This document shows positions 9,289-16,561 of a stretch of DNA of 62,548 bases, in pieces. Numbering within the stretch: position 1 is the stretch's first letter; each line of letters begins with the position of its first letter. The translations under genes and the position numbers were made by a program. The notes below the pieces were generated by a model. That model was not told the origin of the DNA. It saw only the letters and a program-made list of their open reading frames with translations, and searched no databases. This DNA is from a virus: the IMG/VR virus record IMGVR_UViG_3300045988_075790. The stretch is one strand, 5' to 3'.

Positions 9289-10986
9289 ATGGCAGATACC
9301 GTTATCAATTTCCCTCGTGATACCACGCTGAAGCAGCTGAACGCAATCCAGCGGGCCGCTGCTGCTGGATGCTCTACCCCCGGTGCGGCAGACCTGTGCT
9401 ACAAGCATTTGGTGGCCTGCGCCACCAGCAAAGCTGAGGTGGACAGCCTGTTTGTCGAGTGGTGGAAGGCACAGTACGATTCCACCAAGTACACCAAGGT
9501 GCAGATGCTGGAACGCTGGTTCGGCAATGTGCTGGAAGATGACCGCGTCCACGGCTGCACCGTTCCGCTGTACGCCACCAGCACCTCTGCCATTGGTGAG
9601 CTGACCGATGACAGCGTGGGCCTTGTCTGCACTCCTTCTACCGCCTCTACTCCGGGCCGCGATGACTTTGCACACCTTCCGCAGTTCTGGTGTCTGGAAG
9701 TTGCCGCCGAAAAGAAGGAGGACGGCAGCCACGAAATCTTCTATGTCGAGCATATCGACGATTTGGATGATGTGCGTTCTGGCGAACATCTGTGCTGGGT
9801 GCTTCAGAAGAATACCTTCGTCCGCGAGTGGCGCGAGAATGGATACCAGCACCTCCAGATGAAGTGCCACCAGACCACCGGTTTCAAGCAGTGGCGCGAG
9901 GGCAAGGACCGTACCGGCCATGTCTACGCATATATGGCCCACCCGAAGTATTATGCCGGTAAGGTTGGCGGCAAGGCATCTTGCGGCACCGGTCTGGCCC
10001 CCATCAACTACACCAGCCATACCTCTGGCGTAGCTCTGTGGCGCACCCGTGGCACCCAGTATTCTGGTGCTTCTGGAGCCATTGCAAAGTTCCTCGACCG
10101 CATGATGCGCCTGAAGTACGCCAAGAAGGGCAACTCCGGCACCATTGAAGGCTGCTCCTCCTACAACTACCAGTACAAGGCAGCCGTGGCCGAGACTGGC
10201 GCAAAACGCTTTATCCTGACCACCGCACAGGCTGCAAACCTGTTTGTCGGCAGTGCTATTTCCATCGGCACTGATACGGACGGCTCCACTGACCGCAACG
10301 TGGCTGATGTCCACGATATTGCAACCGAGGTTCGCATCACCGCCATTGAGCCTGTCACCATTGAGGAGGCCCAGTATTCTGCTGTCTATGTGGATGTCGC
10401 AGAAGCCTTTGACACCGTGAAGGACCAGACCCTGCTCAGCACCATGCCTTACTTCTCCGGCTGGAATGACGATGTGCAGGGCACCGATGGCAGCAAGTAC
10501 AGTGCTACCTCTGGTAAGGAGCCGGGCCTGCTCCAGAAAATCGAATTCCAGAACGGCTCCTATCTGATTATCAGTGACGAGATTTGGCAGTGGGGCAAGG
10601 ATTCCAATGAGGACTTCACCCTCGACTGCTACGTCTGTAAGGACCAGAGCAAGGTATCTGGCACGGCTGTCACTGAGGATTATGTCAAGCAGGAGGGCCT
10701 CACCCTGACCTTCCCGAAGGACAACACCAACTGGCGCTGGCAGTGGATTGAGGACACTGACTGCGGCGATGTTGAGTGGCCTTCCGGCGTGAACGCATCC
10801 GGCAGCGGTGTCGGCTGTAAAGCTGGCCTCGGTGTCCATCCCGCTGCCTCTGGTCTCCGTGCCGGTTGGCTCTGGAGTGCCCTCTATGACGGTGGCCACT
10901 GCGGCGTGGCCTGCCGCCTCTCGAACAGTTCGCTGGGTGACGCGTACTGGTACGGCTCTCTGGGCGCGGATGGTTTGAACGGGTAA
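9289..10986 (+). CDS. Tail-fibre/receptor-binding protein, DGR target (variable C-terminus)
   Basis: 565 aa, SD aaggagg. The last ~55 codons form the VR that pairs with TR 11103..11248. Confidence 0.85.
   Translation: MADTVINFPRDTTLKQLNAIQRAAAAGCSTPGAADLCYKHLVACATSKAEVDSLFVEWWKAQYDSTKYTKVQMLERWFGNVLEDDRVHGCTVPLYATSTSAIGELTDDSVGLVCTPSTASTPGRDDFAHLPQFWCLEVAAEKKEDGSHEIFYVEHIDDLDDVRSGEHLCWVLQKNTFVREWRENGYQHLQMKCHQTTGFKQWREGKDRTGHVYAYMAHPKYYAGKVGGKASCGTGLAPINYTSHTSGVALWRTRGTQYSGASGAIAKFLDRMMRLKYAKKGNSGTIEGCSSYNYQYKAAVAETGAKRFILTTAQAANLFVGSAISIGTDTDGSTDRNVADVHDIATEVRITAIEPVTIEEAQYSAVYVDVAEAFDTVKDQTLLSTMPYFSGWNDDVQGTDGSKYSATSGKEPGLLQKIEFQNGSYLIISDEIWQWGKDSNEDFTLDCYVCKDQSKVSGTAVTEDYVKQEGLTLTFPKDNTNWRWQWIEDTDCGDVEWPSGVNASGSGVGCKAGLGVHPAASGLRAGWLWSALYDGGHCGVACRLSNSSLGDAYWYGSLGADGLNG
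10821..10966 (+). repeat. DGR variable repeat (VR)
   Basis: 146 bp aligned gap-free to TR. There are 13 mismatches, all at TR adenines. Confidence 0.9.
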
Positions 10987-11000
10987 CGAGCAGGGTGAAT

Positions 11001-11041
11001 TGTCCGGCACCGCCCGGACAAGAGGGGCCGCAAGCCCCTCT
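11001..11041 (+). promoter_or_regulatory. Two GC-rich hairpins just downstream of VR (possible DGR homing-associated hairpin and/or terminator)
   Basis: tgtccgg-caccgc-ccggaca (11001..11020) and agagggg-ccgcaag-cccctct (11021..11041), followed by ttagtg. Confidence 0.5.
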
Positions 11042-11102
11042 TTAGTGTAACTGCATTCTCAGGATTTTGCAAAACCCTGAAAAGGGTGCTGCGGTGTCAG
11101 GG

Positions 11103-11248
11103 AGCTGGCCTCAATGTCAATCCCGCTGCCTCTGGTCTCCGTGCCGGTTGGCTCTGGAGTAACCTCAATGACGGTGGCAACTGCGGCGTGGCCTGCCGCA
11201 ACTCGAACAATTCGCTGGGTAACGCGAACTGGAACGGCTCTCTGGGCG
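11103..11248 (+). repeat. DGR template repeat (TR)
   Basis: Non-coding copy of the VR with AAY at every diversified codon. Contains 25 adenines, of which 13 differ in the VR. Confidence 0.9.
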
Positions 11249-11588
11249 TAACTGGATGCAAGGTTAGAAATGGGCGTTTCTCTTTCATTGCACCGCAGTA
11301 TCCTCGCTTATGTGCGAAAATTGCCTGAAACCGGCAGCGGCTGGTACCGCAAGGGAAGGCTGCTGATAGCAACCAGATGCTTTTTATCAGAAAGGTGGAA
11401 ATACCACGATATCGAAATGCAAACCCGCCGAGGTAAATGTTGAATCGGCAAAATTCAATCTGCCTGCTGTTTTCCGAGCTTTTAGCAAGGGAAAGCTGGG
11501 CAGGGCTGATTTTCGGCGCGAGCTGATAAAGACAGGCTATATCACAAAAAAGGAGCTGGCCCTCGAACGACTGGACAAGCATGGCTGT

Positions 11589-12677
11589 ATGCCAAAGACT
11601 GCCCGCGCCATCCGCGCTTATGATGAGGAGCTGACCGCCTGCATTGTGAGGCGTGACCTGAACCTTTTGCCGATTCGCTGTTTTCAGCGTGTGGATGGAC
11701 TGACCCAAAAGCTGAGGGACATCTGCCAAGAAAGCCCCAAGCAACAGGTTATGGAGTACATCGCAGTGGAAGCTCTGCATCCGCTGTTCCGTGCAAAGTT
11801 CCTGCCTGTGCAATATGGCAGTGTTCCCGGCAGGGGGCAGGCCCTTGGCAAACGGAAGATAGAACGTATCTTGCGAAAAAAGCTCACCGGCAAGACTGAT
11901 GTTGCGAAAGGGGATGTCAAAAAGGCATACCCTTCCGTAACTGTCGAGTGCGTGATGAGGCTGCTGCGCAAGGATGTTGGCAAAAATAAGGTGCTGCTGT
12001 GGTTCGTGGCTGCCCTGATGGAGAACTATCCGGGCGGCCATCTCTGCATTGGCTCTTATCTTTCCACATGGCTCTTCAACTACGTCATGTCCTATGTCCT
12101 CCGCTACATCCTGAGCCTCGAACAGTGCCGCCGTGGGAAGTCTGACCGCTATGTCAAGGCTCTTGTCTGCTACGCGGATGATACCTCCATCTACGGCAGA
12201 TTTTCACAACTTGTGAAGGTCATCAAGAAGGCTACACGATGGGCGAAAGCTACCCTCGGCCTGAATCTCAAACCTGCATGGCAAGTCTATCACATCGCCT
12301 CTTTCGAGGAAGAAAAGGCCATGAAGGAACGCCGGAAAGCTGGATGCTGCCAGCGTACCGATGGCGTGGACATGATGGGCTTTGTGGTCCGTAGGACTTA
12401 CACCATCATCCGAGGCCGCGTGTTCCAGCGTATCCGCAGGCAGACCTTGAGGGCGTGGGATGATGTGCAGAGGCTGGGCTTTCTTCCGTGGTGGAGGGCT
12501 GCCCGCATAGCAGCCTACAAAGGTTGGGTGAAGTATTCCGATAGTGTCCACTTCTCTGTTAAATATAGTTTTTCTAAGCTGCTGCAGCTTGCCCGTGTGA
12601 GCGTGAGCCAGCACAACAGGAAGGAGATCATCAAGCATGAGCAAAGAATTTTACGAGAAGCAGCCTGCTGCTGTTGA
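11589..12677 (+). CDS. DGR reverse transcriptase (coordinates from first ATG; coding signal extends upstream to about 11370)
   Basis: 'VCYADDTSIYG' YxDD box, 'IGSYLSTWLFNYV' motif-4-like segment, 'PGRGQALGKRKI' upstream. Adjacent to TR. Confidence 0.85.
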   Translation: MPKTARAIRAYDEELTACIVRRDLNLLPIRCFQRVDGLTQKLRDICQESPKQQVMEYIAVEALHPLFRAKFLPVQYGSVPGRGQALGKRKIERILRKKLTGKTDVAKGDVKKAYPSVTVECVMRLLRKDVGKNKVLLWFVAALMENYPGGHLCIGSYLSTWLFNYVMSYVLRYILSLEQCRRGKSDRYVKALVCYADDTSIYGRFSQLVKVIKKATRWAKATLGLNLKPAWQVYHIASFEEEKAMKERRKAGCCQRTDGVDMMGFVVRRTYTIIRGRVFQRIRRQTLRAWDDVQRLGFLPWWRAARIAAYKGWVKYSDSVHFSVKYSFSKLLQLARVSVSQHNRKEIIKHEQRILREAACCC

Positions 12678-13017
12678 GGTGTACCCGGTTAGCACCGGCA
12701 CGGATATTATTCTGCGCCGCGATATTGCCGAGTGTACTGTGACCAACACCGTGACCGATGAGGAAGGCCAGACCTCTGAAGTGAAAACCACCGGCTTTGG
12801 CTGCGAGGAGGTTCAGCACCGCTACCGCGGCACCGTGACTGCTGAGGAAGTCGAAGCGAAGTTCGACTACTGGTGGAGCATCGCCAGCGGTAAAACTGAG
12901 GACGAAGCTGAGGATGACGATGCCGAGAGTAAGGGCCTGCCCACTCTGGCCGAGCGCGTGAGCATTATGGAGGACGCTGTTGCGGCCCTCGCGGAGGTGA
13001 TTCTGGATGCTGAATAA
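12637..13017 (+). CDS. Hypothetical acidic protein (XkdW-position)
   Basis: 126 aa, SD aggaga. Overlaps the RT 3' end by 41 nt and precedes the XkdX-like ORF. Confidence 0.55.
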   Translation: MSKEFYEKQPAAVEVYPVSTGTDIILRRDIAECTVTNTVTDEEGQTSEVKTTGFGCEEVQHRYRGTVTAEEVEAKFDYWWSIASGKTEDEAEDDDAESKGLPTLAERVSIMEDAVAALAEVILDAE

Positions 13018-13132
13018 ACTGGCGAAGTTCTATGCCACTCAGATCAAGCTTGGCAAGATGACCATTGACGAGGTTCCGGCCAAGGTGCGGGAGCTGACCC
13101 GGAAGCTGCTGGAAAAAGAGCGGGAGGACTAA
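13007..13132 (+). CDS. XkdX-like small protein
   Basis: 41 aa 'MLNKLAKFYATQIKLGKMTIDEVPAKVRELTRKLLEKERED'. Hand-translated and not in the ORF track. Resembles XkdX-family '...Y..G..T.EEV' peptides found before lysis genes. Confidence 0.5.
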   Translation: MLNKLAKFYATQIKLGKMTIDEVPAKVRELTRKLLEKERED

Positions 13133-13135
13133 CAG

Positions 13136-13282
13136 ATGAGCTGGCCAGACCTGTGTGAAAAGCTGCTCACACTGCTGGAGGCTGCCGGTGCTGACACCTC
13201 TGAGGAGCGCGGTGAGTTTGCTGTTCTGGTAGCTGGATGCAGTGCGCATGGCTGCCCTCTGGCCAGCGAGAACAGGAGATGA
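13136..13282 (+). CDS. Hypothetical small protein
   Basis: 48 aa, SD gggagga 7 nt upstream of ATG. Hand-translated. Confidence 0.4.
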   Translation: MSWPDLCEKLLTLLEAAGADTSEERGEFAVLVAGCSAHGCPLASENRR

Positions 13283-13286
13283 TTAT

Positions 13287-13946
13287 TTGGACATCATAAC
13301 CTTCCAGCGCGGTGACAAGACTGCGCTGACGAAGAATTTTTCTCTCTATGAGTTCGAGTGCCCGTGTGGATGCACGGCGCAGATGATCGACAGGGAGCTT
13401 GTGGAGAAGATGCAGGCCCTTCGTGACAAGCTCGGCAAAAAGGTCAAGGTCACCTCTGGCTACCGCTGCGTGAAGCACAACGCCAGCAAAGACGTTGGAG
13501 GCAGCAAGCAGAGCCGCCACCTTTATGGCATCGCGGCTGACTGGAGAACCGACAATCGCTCCGTCAACCCGGTTGCGCTGGGCATTCTGGCCCAGAAAGC
13601 AGGGTTCGGCGGTATTGGTATCTACTGGCACAGCAAGGCGGCAATCGTACACACCGACACGCGGGGCGGCAAGGCCACATGGCTCTGCACCACGCCCGGA
13701 CAGTACCCCAGTACCACTTACAATGCCTTTATCCTGCCTACCATCAAACAGGGATGCTCTGGAGCTGCAAACCGCAGTGCAACCATCATGCTCCAGAAGC
13801 TGCTGAAGGTGAAAGCTGACGGGAGTTTTGGGCCAGGCACCACTGCTGCCCTGATGGATGCCCAGCGCAAGCATGGCCTTGTTGCTGATGGCATCTGCGG
13901 CCCAAAGAGCTGGACGGCTCTTTCTGGGGCTGTCAAATATCTGTAA
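13287..13946 (+). CDS. Endolysin: peptidase M15-type domain + C-terminal peptidoglycan-binding (PG_binding_1-like) domain
   Basis: 'SGYRCVKHN...GGSKQSRHLYGIAADW' (M15/DUF882-type metal site) and 'LQKLLKVKADGSFGPGTTAALMDAQRKHGLVADGICGPKSW'. TTG 13287 sits 7 nt after aggaga. The track's ATG 13242 has no SD. Confidence 0.8.
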   Translation: MDIITFQRGDKTALTKNFSLYEFECPCGCTAQMIDRELVEKMQALRDKLGKKVKVTSGYRCVKHNASKDVGGSKQSRHLYGIAADWRTDNRSVNPVALGILAQKAGFGGIGIYWHSKAAIVHTDTRGGKATWLCTTPGQYPSTTYNAFILPTIKQGCSGAANRSATIMLQKLLKVKADGSFGPGTTAALMDAQRKHGLVADGICGPKSWTALSGAVKYL

Positions 13947-13961
13947 TTGGGGGTGATTCCA

Positions 13962-14531
13962 ATGTGGCAATTCATCCTCGAATACTGGGCAGAGTGGGCC
14001 TTCGGCCTGCTGGGAGGCGCGTTCATCGCCGTTGTGGTGAAGTACAAGGCCATGAAAGAAGGGCTTCTTGCCATCTTGCATGACCGTATTTATCAGGCTT
14101 GCCAGCACTACCTCGCACAGGGGAATATCGACACCCCCGGCCTGAAGAATATCGAATATCTTTATCGTAGCTATCACACGTTGGGTGGCAATGGGACTGG
14201 AACGGAGTTGTATAACCGCTGCAAGGCCCTCCCCATCCATGACACCGATGTATGGATTCAGAAAGGACGGAACAAGAATATGTCTAACAACAAAATTTCT
14301 GCTGGTACTATCGCTCGCACTGCCTGCCTGCTGCTGGCCCTGACCAATCAGGTGCTGTCTGCTCTGGGCAAGCCTGTGCTTCCCATCGAAAGCGAAACTG
14401 TGGAACAGCTGGTAACGGCAGGCATCACGACCATCGCAGCCCTCATCGCTTGGTGGAAGAATAACTCCTTCACCCACGCAGCTCTGGAGGGCGATAAGAC
14501 CTACGACCGGGTGAAGAAGTCCGGCTATTGA
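13962..14531 (+). CDS. Holin (SPP1/LL-H-type holin C-terminal half fused in frame to an extra N-terminal 1-TM domain)
   Basis: C-terminal half 'MSNNKISAGTIARTACLLLALTNQ...IAALIAWWKNNSFTHAAL' is holin-like. N-terminal half has TM 'WAFGLLGGAFIAVVV'. SD gggggtg before ATG 13962. Confidence 0.65.
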   Translation: MWQFILEYWAEWAFGLLGGAFIAVVVKYKAMKEGLLAILHDRIYQACQHYLAQGNIDTPGLKNIEYLYRSYHTLGGNGTGTELYNRCKALPIHDTDVWIQKGRNKNMSNNKISAGTIARTACLLLALTNQVLSALGKPVLPIESETVEQLVTAGITTIAALIAWWKNNSFTHAALEGDKTYDRVKKSGY

Positions 14532-14736
14532 TGTTTTCGTGAAGCCGCGCAGACATACCTTTTTCGTGAGGCAACGAAAATGGTCTGGGCCTCAGGTGTT
14601 TACATTTTGTTAGCACCTGAAATACCGCTTTCAGGAAATGAGTTCGACCTAAGAGGCCCAAAAAGTCGAACTTAGGCCCTGAATTTGCACAAAAACAGCC
14701 ATTTTCGAGCATTAAGCCTGCTAAAAAGCCGCATTA

Positions 14737-14765
14737 TTGCAATTCGGCCCATTTTCTGGTAAGAT
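14737..14765 (+). promoter_or_regulatory. Sigma70-type promoter (TTGCAA-17-TGgTAAGAT)
   Basis: -35 at 14737..14742 and extended -10 at 14757..14765. No CDS follows. Confidence 0.5.
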
Positions 14766-14771
14766 GTTCTC

Positions 14772-14990
14772 ACTTGAAAGGCTGCGAGCCTTTGTAGAGA
14801 GCGGGCGGCCCTGTGGGGCTGCTCACTCTTGATTTTTCATTTGGCGGCTGCGGCGGCAGGGCCTTCCACTCAACCGTACCCGGTTTGAGACGAAAGGCCC
14901 CTATATTAGACGAAAATCCCCCTGCTGATACCGAAGCCTCACGTTCCACGCGAGGTATATGTAGGTACAGCGGGGGGATTTTTTTATTTT
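14772..14990 (+). ncRNA. Candidate ~220-nt small RNA between promoter and terminator
   Basis: Hairpins aaaggct-gcg-agccttt and gcggccc-tgtg-gggctgc. Terminal long hairpin aatccccctgctg...cagcggggggatt followed by a T-run at 14979..14990. No SD-led ORF. Confidence 0.35.
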
Positions 14991-15229
14991 GCCTGCTCTT
15001 CCGGCACGTCCGGCTCGTAGTCGTTCTGGAATGCCTTGCCGGTGCTGGTCACTGTCTGGACTGTGCAACCCATGAGCGATACAATTTTCAAATAGTCCGT
15101 ATAGGTGAATGTGCCCCGGCAGAGCCTGTTACTGAAGCTGTGGGGGGTGCAGCCCATACCGGCGGCAAGTTCCCGGACGGTGGTTCCCGTTTCGGCCATG
15201 AGCTGCTTGATAACTTTTGATGCTGACAT
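14984..15229 (-). CDS. HTH DNA-binding protein (moron regulator)
   Basis: 'VIKQLMAETGTTVRELAAGMGCTPHSFSNRL' helix-turn-helix. SD gggagg 7 nt before ATG 15229 (internal to track ORF 14984..15262). Confidence 0.6.
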   Translation of the reverse strand: MSASKVIKQLMAETGTTVRELAAGMGCTPHSFSNRLCRGTFTYTDYLKIVSLMGCTVQTVTSTGKAFQNDYEPDVPEEQAK

Positions 15230-15301
15230 TTTGCGACCTCCCTTCTGCATCCTATTATACATGGTTTTGTCCCGTTTGGCAATACGAAATCCTCAAAAAA
15301 A

Positions 15302-15343
15302 GGTATATTTTCTATTGACAATATACCCTCATCGTGGTATTAT
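15302..15343 (+). promoter_or_regulatory. Promoter TTGACA-17-TGgTATTAT with 8-bp inverted repeat operator
   Basis: -35 at 15315..15320 and -10 at 15338..15343. GGTATATT (15302..15309) / AATATACC (15320..15327) brackets the -35. Confidence 0.55.
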
Positions 15344-15398
15344 ATCCTCAGAACAAGGGATGCAAACAAGAATTGATGTACTTTAGGAGGTACTTACT

Positions 15399-15932
15399 AT
15401 GATGAAGCGTTTTGAAGTCGGCCACACTTATTATGACCAGTATGCTTGTGACCATGAGACCCTGAGCGTTATCAAAATCGTCAAGCGCACCCCGAAGACG
15501 GTTGTCTTTGAGCGTCATGGCAAAACCCGCCGCGCAAAGCTCTACGAGGATAGCAACGGTGAGTACATCGTTCCTGACCACTATTCCATGGCCTGCGTCT
15601 ACCGCGCAGAACGTGAGCTGGTCGATGGCGAGCCTGCCACCGAAGAGCACATCATCACCGCCGATGTGCCTGAGGCTTGCGGTGACATGGATGCTGCCGA
15701 CACTGCTGCTGATGTAGAGCAGCCTGATGCCGATAACTCCATCCGCTTTCCGGCTGCGGTTGCTCAGAAGCCCGCACAGGCTCCTGTGGCTGGCTATGCT
15801 GTGGCAGATGCTCTTGTTCGCTATACTGTCAAGCAGGCCGTTGGTGTCTTGTTTGGCGACTGCGAGCTGAGGGCGAAAGAGCTCGACTTCCTGATGGCGT
15901 TGACTGACCGCGCCTGGAGGGTTGTCAAGTGA
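15399..15932 (+). CDS. Hypothetical protein (moron)
   Basis: 177 aa, SD aggagg. Acidic middle region. Confidence 0.55.
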   Translation: MMKRFEVGHTYYDQYACDHETLSVIKIVKRTPKTVVFERHGKTRRAKLYEDSNGEYIVPDHYSMACVYRAERELVDGEPATEEHIITADVPEACGDMDAADTAADVEQPDADNSIRFPAAVAQKPAQAPVAGYAVADALVRYTVKQAVGVLFGDCELRAKELDFLMALTDRAWRVVK

Positions 15933-16027
15933 TGGCCCCGGGCCGGATACCCGGCGGCTCTATTGATACCCCACCGCGCAGGTGGCACAATATACAAAAA
16001 GCCCCTCAAGGGGCGGGAGGAAACACG

Positions 16028-16327
16028 ATGGAAACTTTGCAGGGACTTGAGAACAAAAAATGGGATTTCTCCAAACAGGAGGAGGCTGCTGTCTCTTGGC
16101 TGCTGGAACGCGGTTTCGAGGTCATGCTAGAAAAGCAGTATACATCAAAGGATGTCTATACTGTCGCAAAAGATGGCGTTTCAGATGAATTTACCTTCCC
16201 GAGTGGGCAGAAGAATATGAATGTCCGCACCTTTATGGAAAGGTATGGTGAAAATTTCGAGAAGAAAAAGGAGCTTATCAAATTGAGAGCGGAGGCAGCA
16301 AGGGCCGTTCCAGGGTTCAAAAAATAA
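16028..16327 (+). CDS. Hypothetical protein (moron); possible frameshifted continuation to 16469
   Basis: SD gggagg 7 nt before ATG 16028. Ends in an A6 run followed by TAA. The +1 frame stays open for 47 more codons to 16469, just before a strong terminator. Confidence 0.5.
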   Translation: METLQGLENKKWDFSKQEEAAVSWLLERGFEVMLEKQYTSKDVYTVAKDGVSDEFTFPSGQKNMNVRTFMERYGENFEKKKELIKLRAEAARAVPGFKK

Positions 16328-16478
16328 ATCCCGGGCGGCTCACGACGTCAAGGCCACGGCCTACACGAAGGCCCTTGAGCGCATCATCAATGGTGATGAC
16401 TACGAGAAGGCCCTTGTAGATGCAGACGCTGAATGGAAAGCGTATCTTGACGAGCACATCTGGGACTGAAAAAAATTC

Positions 16479-16524
16479 GAGCCGGGAAGCTGCTGGAAGG
16501 CAGCCGCCCGGCTCTTTTCTTTTT
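16479..16524 (+). terminator. Rho-independent terminator
   Basis: gagccggg...cccggctc stem (with inner gctgc/gcagc stem) followed by ttttcttttt. Confidence 0.75.
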
Positions 16525-16561
16525 GGATTTTGCAAGGGCTTTTTGCCTTTCAAAATCCGAA

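Noticed and set aside
11086-11328. 80-aa ORF overlapping the TR, whose product mimics the fibre C-terminus.
   Set aside because: It is the TR read in the VR frame (Asn at every variable codon). It has a GTG/CTG-type start with no SD and runs into non-coding sequence. It is the template repeat, not a gene.
12637-13017. Possible Avd (DGR accessory) gene immediately after the RT.
   Set aside because: The product is strongly acidic with a beta-rich N-terminus, whereas Avd is a basic four-helix bundle. Its position and neighbours fit XkdW/XkdX-type tail genes.
13242-13286. Track start ATG 13242 for the endolysin, TTG 13947 for the holin, and other upstream-most starts (e.g. 20205, 23442, 27961, 29709, 35303, 38223, 51152, 55419, 60651).
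   Set aside because: Internal starts are preceded by good SD motifs at 6-9 nt and remove long overlaps with upstream genes. The upstream extensions lack an SD or lie in hairpins.
14533-14700. Direct repeats TTTTCGTGA(A/G)GC x2 and GGGCCT/AGGCCC motifs after the holin gene as an alternative attP.
   Set aside because: No tRNA-like or integrase-proximal features. The 16.56-16.79 kb site next to int has a much stronger signature.
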